This document shows, in pieces, positions 13,094-25,358 of a stretch of 64,000 nt of DNA. Source of the DNA: Lepidodermella squamata (taxonomy: Eukaryota; Animalia; Gastrotricha); NCBI GenBank assembly GCA_047495785.1, contig JBLDXI010000001.1, forward strand, positions 2,604,001 to 2,668,000, in the 5' to 3' direction. Under the pieces are notes generated by a model. That model made no database searches and was not told where the DNA came from. It saw nothing but the letters and a program-made list of their open reading frames with translations. Position numbers and translations under genes: made by a program. Numbering within the stretch: position 1 is the first letter of the stretch; every line of letters begins with the position of its first letter.

Positions 13094-15740
13094 TTACCAA
13101 ACAGAGCACTTTTTCGATGGGTTCATCGTCGAGCCAGCGCGGCATTTGAATGCTTGAGAAAATTCGGCCGAGTTCGATAGCGGGCCGCGAACGCGGAACG
13201 GACCCGGCGAGTGTTCGTTCTGGCGGATTTGGAACTCCATAGCCTCGGGCGTGAAAATGCTGCACCAGGCCTGGGCGTAGCCGACGAAAAACAGCTGGTC
13301 CTCGTCCAAATCTAGGCCAACCAGCCGCGATTGGCGGCCAGTTTTGCCGCTGGATGACGCCTTTTTAAACGCCTGGTAACTCGTTTTCACGCCTCCGTTA
13401 TCGGCGATATTTTCGCCCAGGGTCTGGTCGCCGCGTAGGTGCAGCCCGTTGACAGAATAGCTCGAATATTGATCAACCAAGCATTGCGTGTGATTTTGGA
13501 ACTCCTCGTGAGTTGCCTTATTCCACCAATTCTTCAAATTTCCGTATTTATCGTACTGGCTGCCTTGATCGTCAAAGCCGTGGGTAATCTGAAATTTTCG
13601 AAAATTATTAAGCTGGACGATTTTTCTGATAATCTCACCTCGTGGCCAGTAACACTGCCAATAGCACCGAAATTGAGAGCGGCGGGAACGCCGGAAGACG
13701 CGAAGAAGAAAGGAATATTGAGAATACCAGCTGGAACGACAAATTTGTTCTGCGTCGGTTCGTAATAAGCGTTGACAGTCTGAGGGGTCATCAGCCACCT
13801 TGTAACATCAGGATCTTGGCGCAAGGTCTGTAAAAACAACCGAGTAAAAATTAAAATAATCCACCCTAAAAAACTCACAGATAGCAGGCGCTGATTCGAG
13901 TAGGCGAAAGTTGCGAATTGATTGACGGTGTAGTCATCGGTTAGAACCAATTTAGCGTAACGATTTTCCATGTACGTCGTATTTCGCAGCCATTCGGGAT
14001 AGCCAACGTCGTAAATTAGGGCGTCGATTTTCTCGAGGGCCTTGGCACGCGTATCCTCGTCCATCCACGGCACGCGGGTGATACGAGTACGGAACGCCGC
14101 AACAATTTCAGACATCACGAAGACGGCCTGATAAAAATAAAAAAATGAAAAATAGAAAAATTATAGAAAAAAAAACAAATTAACCGGTGATATAAAAATC
14201 TTCAAATTGTTAATTTTTTAAATAATTTCCATAAAACGAAATAACTTTTTTAAATATTATTGAACTTGCTTCAACCAATTAGAAAAAAATATTTAAAAAA
14301 AATGAGAAAATTCCAGAAAGTTATTTTAAGATTGTTTACCCTTTCGCGATCCTCAGGCGTGAAGTATTTATCAGCATACAAAGCACCCAGGGGATATCCA
14401 ACACTCGAATCGGTATCCGAAACACACAACTGCCAAGTCTCGAGAGAGCCACGTTTTCCAACAAAAACAGCCATGAAAGCATCGAACGCCTTCTTGAAAG
14501 AATCGCCGAATTTCGGCGCATATTCGATAACCGACTGAAGCACCAGGTAATTTTGAATGGTTTGCTTTCCCTTATCAGAGCTCAGCGTCTTCTTCACTAC
14601 TTCGGTCAAGCTTTTGAAGTAAGGCACGGCGTACAAAATCACCGGCTCACTTTCGTTGACTTTAATGCCGACTGGTTCGAACAAATCGTTGAAAAACACG
14701 GACCAGTCCATGAAGTTGGCATTCTCCTGCAGCCACGTCGAGTTAACTTTGTGATAAACCGCTGAAATATCGCGTTGCTCAGCCTTGGAATGCTGAATCT
14801 CAGCAATTTTCTGCTCAAATTCGATAACATCGATGATAGTCTGTCGATCGACAGCCTCTTTGCCCAAAATAGCTTGGATGAAAGCTTCCAACATGTCGGT
14901 ATAAGCGACCAGAACATTGTCTTCTGTGACTGTTTTGTTGACGTAGTAGTCCCTCGTATCGGCCCCGAGGCCTAGCCCGCCCTGGTCGAGTTGGATCGAA
15001 TTTTTCAGCACATTCATGTCATCGGGGCCGACTGAAATGTGAAAGAAGCCGCTGAGCGTGTAAGCGTTGCGTAATTTCAACGCGCTGTTAATCGACCAAT
15101 CCGCCTTAACTTTATCGCCCGTTTTCGCGTAGAAATTGCCCATCTTTTCGACCATATTCTTCATGCTAGGAACGCCGTTTGTTTTAATCGCCTCCGTGTC
15201 CATGCAAGACTTGTAGTATTGACGCGCTTTCTGCCTCGCCGACGATTCATTTGACGGCGCCGGGGCTTCGAGGACAGATCGAAGTTCTTTTTGAATGATA
15301 TTATCGATTTTAGCGAACTGCGTCAGTTTGTTCTGCCCGGCTGGGATGCTGTTTTGCAGTTCGAACCCGCCGCAAGCGTATTGGTAGAAATCATCACACG
15401 GATCGGCCGATGTGTTCATCGCCGCTAGAATAGCGCCAGCCGCCTTAACACAACCAGTTGTGGAGCAAACTCTGGAGCCGAGTGCTAGATATACAGAAAT
15501 CGTCAAGCAAACCAAGGTCAAAATTACTGCCATCAATATGCCGCCTCTGATTTTACAAACTTGATAAAATTCTGATTGAAATCGAAGGTCATTGATAATA
15601 TGATAGATTTCGGAAAACTTACGAAAAACCTCACGTTTCGAAGAAAATGAATTTATTTCACTTTCAGGCTCTCTTAGCAAAACATAACCATCCTCAGGGG
15701 AGAACGATTTTTTGTGCGAACCTAGGAGGCGATAACCCAT
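13094..15740 (-). CDS. M13 family metalloendopeptidase (neprilysin/ECE-like), copy 2
   Basis: Exons 15740-15623, 15571-14340, 14127-13879, 13827-13639, 13588-13094. TM segment ILMAVILTLVCLTISVYLAL, DPCDDFYQYACGG, VNAYY, HEITH, ENIADNGG, HSP and terminal CSVW. Confidence 0.95.
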
Positions 15741-16162
15741 ATTTTAGCTAATTGTTCATCTGAAAATATTGCGTCAACGAATAAAAATGGGGTTGTCTTA
15801 GGCAAAAAATATGTTTTTCTTGTATTTGAGTTTTTCAGGCTTGGAGCTGGTAGCTACGCCACACGAAATTATTGAGAAAAACAACAGCCCAGTAATGCCG
15901 ACTAGGAAGACGGCGCCTTTATTACGACCCTCGTGCAATTTAAGACTGTTACGACGATGGTTGAACACGTTTAGCCACATCTCACCAAGCTCCACTCACC
16001 TAGTTCTGAGTTATAATAGGCTATATACAGAGAATGGTTCAACGTTTCTTATGGACAATCAACTCGATGATAACTTCACAAAATGTAATCAAAGAGCAAC
16101 ATAAGGTCACTCCTATTGATATACAAAACCCCTTAAAATCAGCCAGATTCACAAATGCTGTT

Positions 16163-16450
16163 TATGCTGTTAGCGGAACCAACTTTTAGACTTTTCTAGT
16201 GGCCTGAAATCGCTTTTCGGATATTTATTGCAGGTCAAGATTGGCCACAATAATTCTAGAAAATTCACCAGTGAATTCAGCGCAATATTCTCTATAAGAC
16301 GGAGTGTTCAATTCAGAATTCACGCTTAGCCTAAAATTCGTAGAAATATTCAAAAAATGACTCTTGGCATATTTCGAATTTGGTTCCGCTACAGCATATT
16401 TGGTTCCGCTCACCGTAAAATTGGTTCCGCTAAAATATATTCCGATTTAT
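16163..16450. mobile_element. MITE family copy 2
   Basis: Same core as the 9.7 kb and 43.9 kb copies; three tandem ttggttccgct subrepeats at the right end and tagcggaaccaa at the left. Boundaries approximate. Confidence 0.85.
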
Positions 16451-16660
16451 ATAAGTAAATGTCCAGGTTTTTCAATAAGTGCCTAAGTGTCCACAAGTTG
16501 TCCCCAAGTGATATTCAGCTGCTTACGAAATTAATCCAAGAAAAAATTGGGTAGATTTGGAATGATGAATGCTTTATGAACCCTTCTATTAGGGAATATT
16601 CAAATTTTTTAATCATAAAGACGGCATTTTGAAGCAGAATATATTTTATTCAAAACTTAC

Positions 16661-16922
16661 GTCCATCAATTTGAAGTCCGAGAGATATTAAGGTGGCTAG
16701 CACGACGGTGGCGACGAAGAATATCGAAAATGGGACGGCGCAGATGCAGAACTGGACGCATGGCGATTTGCGGCTCCACCACGATGATCCTGTACGACAA
16801 CAAGAACAAGATTGACTGTTATTTCGGCGATGATTTTCGGCCTCCTCGTCGTAGAACGGTAGCCTACTCGACGAGCTACTCAGCGGTACGCGCTCTGCAC
16901 TCGACGGATTACTGCCGTCCAT
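16661..16922 (-). CDS. Alternative first coding exon (cytoplasmic tail plus TM) for the neprilysin locus
   Basis: Encodes MDGSNPSS...WWSRKSPCVQFCICAVPFSIFFVATVVLATLISLGLQIDG, then a phase-1 GTAAG donor at 16660. Aligns with the copy 1 TM exon (CWKRKSACSQIAIIMIPLFILFSGAVVMSTLYTLQFQS). Confidence 0.75.
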
Positions 16923-19740
16923 AAATTATTTGAGGCAAATTCAAGGCGACGAATTAGCAGTACAGGTCTCAGCGAGCAGTGATGATGATAAAACGTAACA
17001 TAATTTACGCAAATTTTCTTCGCGCTTGTGAAATCTCGAGCGGAGATAATGCGGTGGCAGCAGATGAATACACACGAGCAGGTCGTAAAACACCGCGCGC
17101 AAGTGTAATATAATGATGTTAGACGCAGCAGCAAAGAAGAAGCCGCCGAACTAACTGCGGTTGTTTCAAGACCAGGCCAAGCAAATAAAACGTTAACATT
17201 AAGACATTGCGAGTAGTAGGATATACCATGTCAGCTTTCTTTTCGAGTACCTATACAGCAGGAACGCCCAGCTTAGCCCAACTCAACAATAACGACGAAG
17301 CGATGCTCATCATCATCGTCTCTACCTATCGTAGTGTACTATTTGCTTACATTTGCAACACCTCAAAAACAAGATTTACGCTGAGTGAGGAGAGGACGCA
17401 TCTGTCTGAAACGCGCCGTGATTAGCCACAGAGCGAACAATAATAATCATCATTAATTGCCGCTCTCGCATAGGCACTCGCGTGTTTTGCAGAACGAACG
17501 CTCCCGGAACCGGTGTAGCAGGTACCCATCCCACTCGAAATAGTTGTAATAACGGTGCCCGCCGTAAACGCAACACACCCGGCTACTAATGTTTACTCAA
17601 TTCGTTTCAATCGTTATTTTATCGCAAAAATTTGGCCTCGATCCCTTCCAACGCTGATAGTATGCGAAAAAACTTTTTGTGTATGCGATTGACCTGTGAA
17701 GCTCTACTTCTATTTTCTCAGTAAAAATATTTTCAGAATTTCAGAATAAAATTTCGTTACTCTCATTCATTACTTATGGTTATTTTTTCAAAAAAATTAA
17801 GGTGGATTATCATATAATTTTTCAACATATTTATTTTTTCCGCTTATTTTCACAGCATTTTTTAATTTAAAAGTAATATTTTTAGCTTAAAATGTCAGCT
17901 TTCAGTCAAGAGAGACTCCGCAATCAGCTGTTTGACTCTCAGCTTTTTAACAGCCCTTAAAAAATAGGAAGTAGTGTTACATTTTGACTCGGTCAAATGG
18001 CGCTAAAAACTGCGAGTTTAAGCCGCCTTAAATTATCTTGTTTTTCTACGCATTGCAAAAACGAGAGCAGCGCTGCTTCTTCACCTGGACGATGCATTAT
18101 AGATAGCTTATAACTGAGTCAAACGACGAGCAAAAAACAATGACTTGACTGGACATGGACAAGTACTATGCACCAAAATTGGCGCATTACAGCTATATAC
18201 TATTATACACACACGATAATGGACAACAACGATGATTTTTTGTTGTATACCTTTAGCGAAAACCACTTTTGGATAACCGTTGTTCGCCTCATCATCGTCG
18301 GCCATAATTGGTCTAGTATCAGCCATTTCAGCAGTATTTATAATATCAGCAGTATGGTGCAGGTCTTCGGGATTGCCAAGATCAATTCGCAGCAATGCAA
18401 TCATACAACATTTCTAAATATTAGAAAAAGGCATGAAACAAAAATAGAGAAAACACTATCTCCGTTTATTGTGCGCTCATGTCCGGATAAACATCAGGTG
18501 GCGTTAAGTCAACTACGATTTTTCGGCTTTTCCTTTTCTGTTATTTCTTGTCGGAACTTCATCAGCAACATGCTGGAACAGTAACTTTTGTACAATTTAT
18601 CAATTATCATCATCATCACCAAGTAACCGAGAAAACTGATCGTATTTTTTTTCATAAGATTTATAAGGATTGCAAAATTAAATCTTTTAGATATAACAGA
18701 CAGCCTTTCAATCTTTTTTTGCATCTACGTTAAGTAATTACACGACGATATTTTTGTAAATAGTTTTGAGACGAAGACGTGGTCAAGTACGATGCGCAAA
18801 CATTTTCAGGTAAATTTCATCCCACTAAATTAAATTTTTCAAGAGTCTTTATCGAATTATCCATAATAACGATAACAATAATAATCACCATATATATTCA
18901 TTTTTCTATACACGGAACTAAGAATTAGTCGCGGAAAGAAATGATGACGAACAATTATTATTAAGTATGCAAAAATATACAAGTTAACCATACACGCAAC
19001 ACACAAGCACACTATAACGAAGCGAAAAAGAACACGCTCAACAAAACAAAAATATGCCTATTTACATATGGCTGGATAGAACAGACCAATAGGCGAGGTA
19101 ACGCGAAAAAAGCAAAAATACCAAGTCTAAAACCGCATTTCACACCGTCAAACACAACAAGATTAAGAAGTCGAAGGTAGAATTTTTTGTTCTAAAAAAT
19201 AAGCGGACGCTAAAAGCGATAGAAGCAACGAATAAAACGTATATTTTTATGAAAAATATATATACGAATATATTTGATGAAGAAACGCGTAAAATGAAAC
19301 ATTTTATTCAATAACAAGAATAGAATTTTTTGTAAAACCAAAAAATACAAATTGAAACCCCGAGAAAAAGCCTGATGATGATTCCCTGTTTTGCGCCACC
19401 CAACTTGTAAATATCCTAGTGAACTAGATTTCCGTGGTATAAAAAATCAAAGAAGAGGTAGAATCAACGAATATCGAAAAATTTCTTATATAATTTTGAC
19501 CAACGAGGAGTGAGAAGAAGAAGTAGAAGAACATCGAATTCTGGCACAGACAACCGACCACCTTAATGCCTATTCAAAACCTAGCTATCAAGGTGGTATT
19601 TTTCTTTTTATAAAGATTTGCTCTGCGGTAAAATAAACGTGAATAATTGTAAATAATAAGTCACACGTGCTTAAAATTGCGCTGGATCAATCAGTCAAAT
19701 CAGTTTTTTCCCACTGTATTTTGCTGATATATATCTGTTT

Positions 19741-22694
19741 TCACATCAAACCGAAGCCGAGGTTGTGCTCGATTGCGATCAACAGCTTCTCGCGCAGTTT
19801 TTCCAAATTGTTGTAGTCAGGAAGCAGCAGCAGATTGAAGCAGGTGTGAGCCGACGGCAGCCGGTCACTGTCGGCGCTTGCCCGTGCGATGATAAATCGC
19901 AGCGCGGTAGCACCTCCGAGCGGCACGCGGTCCGAACCGGTCACGAACATCAGGAACTGGCGCCGCTGTTCGGCCGTGAACGTGGCGAAAATGGTCCAGA
20001 AGTGCTGCACCGTCGGCGAGTCGGGTTCATAACCGTCGTATTTTGTACTTTCACGAAGACCTTCAAGATCTGCAGAGGCGAAAATAAAACATGCCAATAA
20101 AACATCGACTCGTTTAATGTTTGATACGAATAAATTGTTGCCAGTCTGAGCTTATAGAGCATGATATATTACATATAAATACTATGTTATGTGTGTGTAT
20201 AAAGCCTCCTCGCATGAATTATAATGATATATAATAAAGAGGCTGATGTTTATGATGCCTTTACTTCCTTGTTTTCATCCGTTGATTGCAACTTGAAAAA
20301 CGGAAATCGCTAGTAAGAGCTTAGTAACTTCGGTCTGATGTTAAATTGAACTGATGTTATGAAAGACCCTTCGAGGGAAATATTCAAAACCACAATCTCA
20401 AAATCAGTAGTAATTCAAAGCATCTATTGGTAGAAATTTGAAGGCTTACCTGTGTTCGGTTGCCCGCAAACGAAAAGTTCCAATTCATCAGGCCGCACGA
20501 GCCAACTCAATACAGATGAACTAGTTACCATGTGCCAGCCGAGTTGAAAGGCGGAATATTGAGCCGAGACGAGTTTGTTGAGAATTGTATCCGCGTATAA
20601 TTCCACAAATTCCTGGCGGTTAAATTTAGTCACTGGGATAGTTTCTCCACCTTCCTTCAACTTGATAGTATGCACGTTGCCGAAAACGTCCGTGAAGGAG
20701 ACTTGGAATGTGAGCATGAAGTCGGATTCGACATCTCCGGTATAGTCAAGCAATTGCTGCAAGCTGCGTCCAATGGTCGGGTGACTCTGCTTGAGATCAG
20801 CGAAGCTGCCGCGAAGTCCCAATAGTTTCCGAAATAGAACGGACGGAAACGACACGTTCAGAATACAACTGTTGTAGATAGCCAGTCCGAAAATGAAGCC
20901 GATCAAGAAATACTCGTTGTAGTCGTGCGAAATCGGGTTGAACCAGTAGAATTTTGTCTCAGGGTCTTGAACGAACATGCCAAAATCTGGTGACAGGACG
21001 CGCTCGATTATCAGCTGAAAAAACTCCTTCTGAACACCGCCTTCATCCACACCAGGTTCGCCCTCGAAAACAATGTAGAGTCGCTTCTTCAAATTCGACA
21101 AATTGTCCAGAGCCGCGAGTTCCAGTTGCATAAGCGTATCTTCCACAATTCGATCACGAGAAACCACCAACCGAAGATGAGGGGTCGGGCGATTAGCGAG
21201 AGGAGAGCCACCGTATAAAGCCATATTCCGGAAGAAATCGTGTTGTTGCTGAATAATACTTCTGAGATAGCTATCTCTCATCTCCTGCCTTTGCCGAATT
21301 ATGTTATCGTAAAAAATAGCGTTGTGTTTTTGATGTGAGTCCATCACGAAAGGATATTGAAAAAACGAGAAATCAGGACTGGCCGCTGAGAAACTTGAAC
21401 TGCCAGGACTCGTGTGGTGTTTCATGTTCTCAACCGCTCTGAAGAAATCACCGTGCTCTCTTTCCAGTTCCATGACTTCATTAAGAAGGCTGTTGATAAA
21501 ATCTGACGGCATAATCGGAAGATCATGGGGAAATTTATTGCAAATTCCGAGTTCTTCGGCGAGAGGATCGCGATGCATGCCCGGATTTGCGCATGAAAAC
21601 TGCCGAAAAGCGAAGCGTAGCAATTCAGACGTGTTCGGATCGTTGATTATTTCGTCGGGTGAAAAGTTGTCTTCAATGACAATGGAAGGTTCAGTAGTCT
21701 CTTTCCGTAGAGAGCATAGTAGACACGCGTAGTAAAACACTTTGGCAAGGCGAAGAAGTCCAAGCAAGTTTTTAGTCTTCGGCGCTCGACGCATTTGCCC
21801 TTCAACCATAATAATATCCGTGATACACGTCTGAATTTGTAGAACATGATGCCGTAACCAAGTTCCTTCAAAGTTAGACAGGATCTGACATAATCGAGCT
21901 TGGAACTTCAGCGGAGTACATTCCAGCAAATCTCCCAGTTGGGTATGAAAATCAGGCAGCGCATCATTTTGCTGATGAGCGATGGGATAGCGAAGGAGAA
22001 TAATGAAAACATTCTCGATATCACAATTATCTAAGAAGGCCGAGGATTCGATCAGCAGTTGTATTTTATTTAAACACTGGTTGAACGATTGCGCCATTGC
22101 GTGCCGCAGGTCTTGACTTTGAAGTGCATCAATCATTCGAAAACTCTTGTTGATATCTTCGAGGGACAAAGAGTGTCCAATTTTTGGGTAGCAGTCTTTT
22201 GACTTCTCGTCATTTTCTTGTTCGTGTTTTTCTAGCACGGCTGGTCGCAATGAGCTATCCTCATGTTCCGAAGTTCTAAAGCTCTTCCTCAGTAATTCAG
22301 GATCGGAAAATACGCGGCCGAAAAGATGAGCTAGAAGCTTCAAATTATCTGACTTCTTAGAAAATTCAATAACGGAAGATAATCTTTCGCTGTTCAATCC
22401 CTCACTGATGATCTTTGAAAAGAGCTCGCTATCGTCAGATAATGAAGGCGGTGGTTCAGGGGATGCAACGGGGCTGGGAGAAACACAATCCAAGTGAAAA
22501 TGGCTGCATAATTTCATGTTACTCTTGACAGCGAGAAGAGCTTTCGCGGCAAGTTCATCCCGAGTGCTTTCCCGGTAAATGAAACCAGAGCTAGACGCAC
22601 AGGAATCGTTCTCGCAATCAGCTTGGCCACACCCAACAGTAAATTGGTCGAAGTATTTTTGAATTAGGTCTTTCACTTTACTCCTATCAGCCAT
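19741..22694 (-). CDS. UBE3A: HECT E3 ubiquitin ligase E6AP
   Basis: Exons 22694-20450 and 20069-19741. N-terminal AZUL motif (YFDQFTVGCGQADCENDSCASS); HECT motifs FEGEPGVDEGGVQKEFF and RLPSAHTCFNLLLLPDY; terminal GFGLM. Confidence 0.95.
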
Positions 22695-23688
22695 TCTAAA
22701 ATCGGAACACGACACGGAATTTAGACACAATTTGACACAAAGAAATCGCCAGTGTAAGATATCAGTGTGCAAAGAAAAACGGAAAAGGTATGATCGAATT
22801 TGGTAGGGTTTGGTGGAAGGCAAAATGTGTCAGAGGACATGAAGTGATCAATGTGATGACGAAAAGAAAAGAAAAACTAAGCACGACTTTGGCGTTAGGC
22901 GATGCAGCTGGCAAGCTGGCGGATGCTAGATGCCTTCGAATAGTGAAAGTATTGCTCTAATTGCACGTTCAGAAGACAAAACTTGGGTTCCATGCTGGAC
23001 TGATGCAAGATTAAGTGACCAAAAACCAGGCAGTTGTTAACTGAAAGTGGAATTGTTGCCAAAAATGCTCAAGTTTTCGGTGCAGAGATCTCGATTCCAT
23101 TCATTCTCCAACAATTTTATTTAATATTTTTTGTAAGATTAAACAAATCGCGCATTTAAATTGGATTCGATCAGTATGAGCAATAATTCTGCATAAATGT
23201 TTTTGATGATGGGTTAGATCGGTTTTCAAGGGTTTCCTTTTAAGGGAAAAACGAGTTGTCACCAGCTTCGAGGGAAAAGTTTCGTCACGCACACAACGTT
23301 AGGTGTTTGGTAACCGGTAACCGGTGACCTGCCCAAGACTTGCTTCCCCTTCCTCGAAGTCTGAGGTAGGTGTGACAAAATGTTAGCATAGGCTCGGGAA
23401 TTCAGTCAAGTCAGCTGAGTCAAGTTGAGCACCGCTCCCCACTTCTGCATTTAAATCGGTGTATGAAGTATGAAATTAGCTCACAGTACACTCCCTTTTG
23501 AAATTTTACGCATTGAATACCTTGATTCTGTCAAGCCTTTTAGTTTTCGTACCCGCTGCAACCGCTCTATCTCTCATTTAGGCATTCCCCGAAATCTTAT
23601 TAATCATTATTAATTTCCTTGATATTGCGAGCTTTGCATTTTGATTTTCATTGCCATCATTGTCATATTTTTGCGAATTTTAGACATT

Positions 23689-24617
23689 ATGGATCGGAAG
23701 TTGGACTGCGCTCTAGATCTTATGAGGCGCCTGCCTCCCAAAGATGTCGAGAAAAATCTCTCAGATTTGATCGACTTGGTTCCAGAATTATGTGAAGATC
23801 TGCTATCATCTGTAGATCAGCCACTGAAAGTGGCTAAAGATCCCGAGAATGGTCGCGAGTATTTGCTTTGTGATTACAATCGTGATGGCGATTCATACCG
23901 GTAAGCGATGAAGCTTAAATCAATCATATATTCTATCATTTGTATACAGGTCGCCGTGGAGTAACAAATACAGCCCGCCTCTTGAAGACGGTACCGTTCC
24001 TTCTGACAGAATGCGTAAGCTGGAGATGGAGGCCAATGCGGCATTTGAGCAATATCGTCAGATGTACTTTGACGGCGGTGTTTCTTCAGTTTATCTTTGG
24101 GAGCTCGATCATGGATTCGCCGGTGCAATTTTGATAAAGAAAATGGGAGACGGTTCTAAGAACATCCGCGGTTGTTGGGATTCAATTCACGTCGTCGAAG
24201 TTCAGGAGAAACCTCTCGGCAAGTCCGCACATTACAAGCTCACCAGCACCGTGTTGCTCTGGCTTCAAACTAATAAACAGGCCTCTGGAACCATCAATCT
24301 AGGCGGTAGTCTAACAAAACAGGTTTGTAAATATATCAGGATTTACCTGGAATCAAATATTTTTCGTCATTTAGCTCGACAAAGACTGCCCTTTGAGCGA
24401 AAGAAGTACTCATATCATCAATATTGGCGAGCTAGTTGAAGAAAACGAGAACAAAATGCGAAATGTTCTCAACGAAATCTACTTCGGCAAGACCCAAGAT
24501 ATTGTTAATTCGCTGCGCTCTGTCGTGCCTCTCGCGGATCAACGGCAAATGAGCGAATTCAAGAACGATTTGGCTCAAGCAATTGGCAAGCGGCAAATAA
24601 GTCCTAAACCGGAGTAA
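23689..24617 (+). CDS. CAPZB: F-actin capping protein beta subunit
   Basis: Exons 23689-23900, 23950-24322, 24375-24617. Motifs [48 protein letters not shown]. Confidence 0.97.
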
Positions 24618-25358
24618 CCCTAACTTTCGTGTATTTTTACCGCTTGTGAAATCTATTGGATGCTGCTGCTTCGTACTATTTGTAGCTTGCTGTTGTTTAT
24701 CTTTCTGAAATTGATGACATGCGCCACTATTGTTTGTCCATAACTTCGCATTAATTTATTTTACTAGCTCGCGTTTTTCTTTCTAATTTTGATTAGCATA
24801 AACTGGAATGTTTGTGAAAATCGTGAAGATTTAAATTAGAATAGTCTTGCTCTTTTCAAAGTTCTTGACAGCTTTTGAAGCGTTATAACTTAGCCTTCCA
24901 ATCAGTCATTTGATGCCTGCGAAAACCCCAGAGTGCCTAGTCGCCACTAGCTGACTCACATTCCTCTCTGTTTGCAGTGGCGTGCGTGTTCGGAAAAAAT
25001 CATGTTGGTATCTATTTGACTACAACTCTTGATGCAATATACCAAACGTATTGATTGATCATATGGCTAAACACAAGAACAATCGCTGGGCGAACGGTTG
25101 TAATTGTTGTCACATGTCGTCCCTACATTTTACGCCGATCATGCTGCTAAAAATTTCCTTCGTTTTCTTTGTATGATGACAAACAACGATGGTCATGTTC
25201 CAATCTAATTATTATTCCCTGTTATACGCTAATTAAGTGCGGAAAACGATGAATATTATTGATTTATATGAAAGACGTAATGAAGCTTTAAACATCAATA
25301 AAAAGCTTGAAATTTTTCATTTGTGTCTTTTTGTTGAAATTAGTAGTTGCGATTTTTC

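Noticed and set aside
15798-15995. Short hydrophobic ORF that might be a third neprilysin anchor exon
   Set aside because: No convincing phase-1 donor; it ends in a stop.
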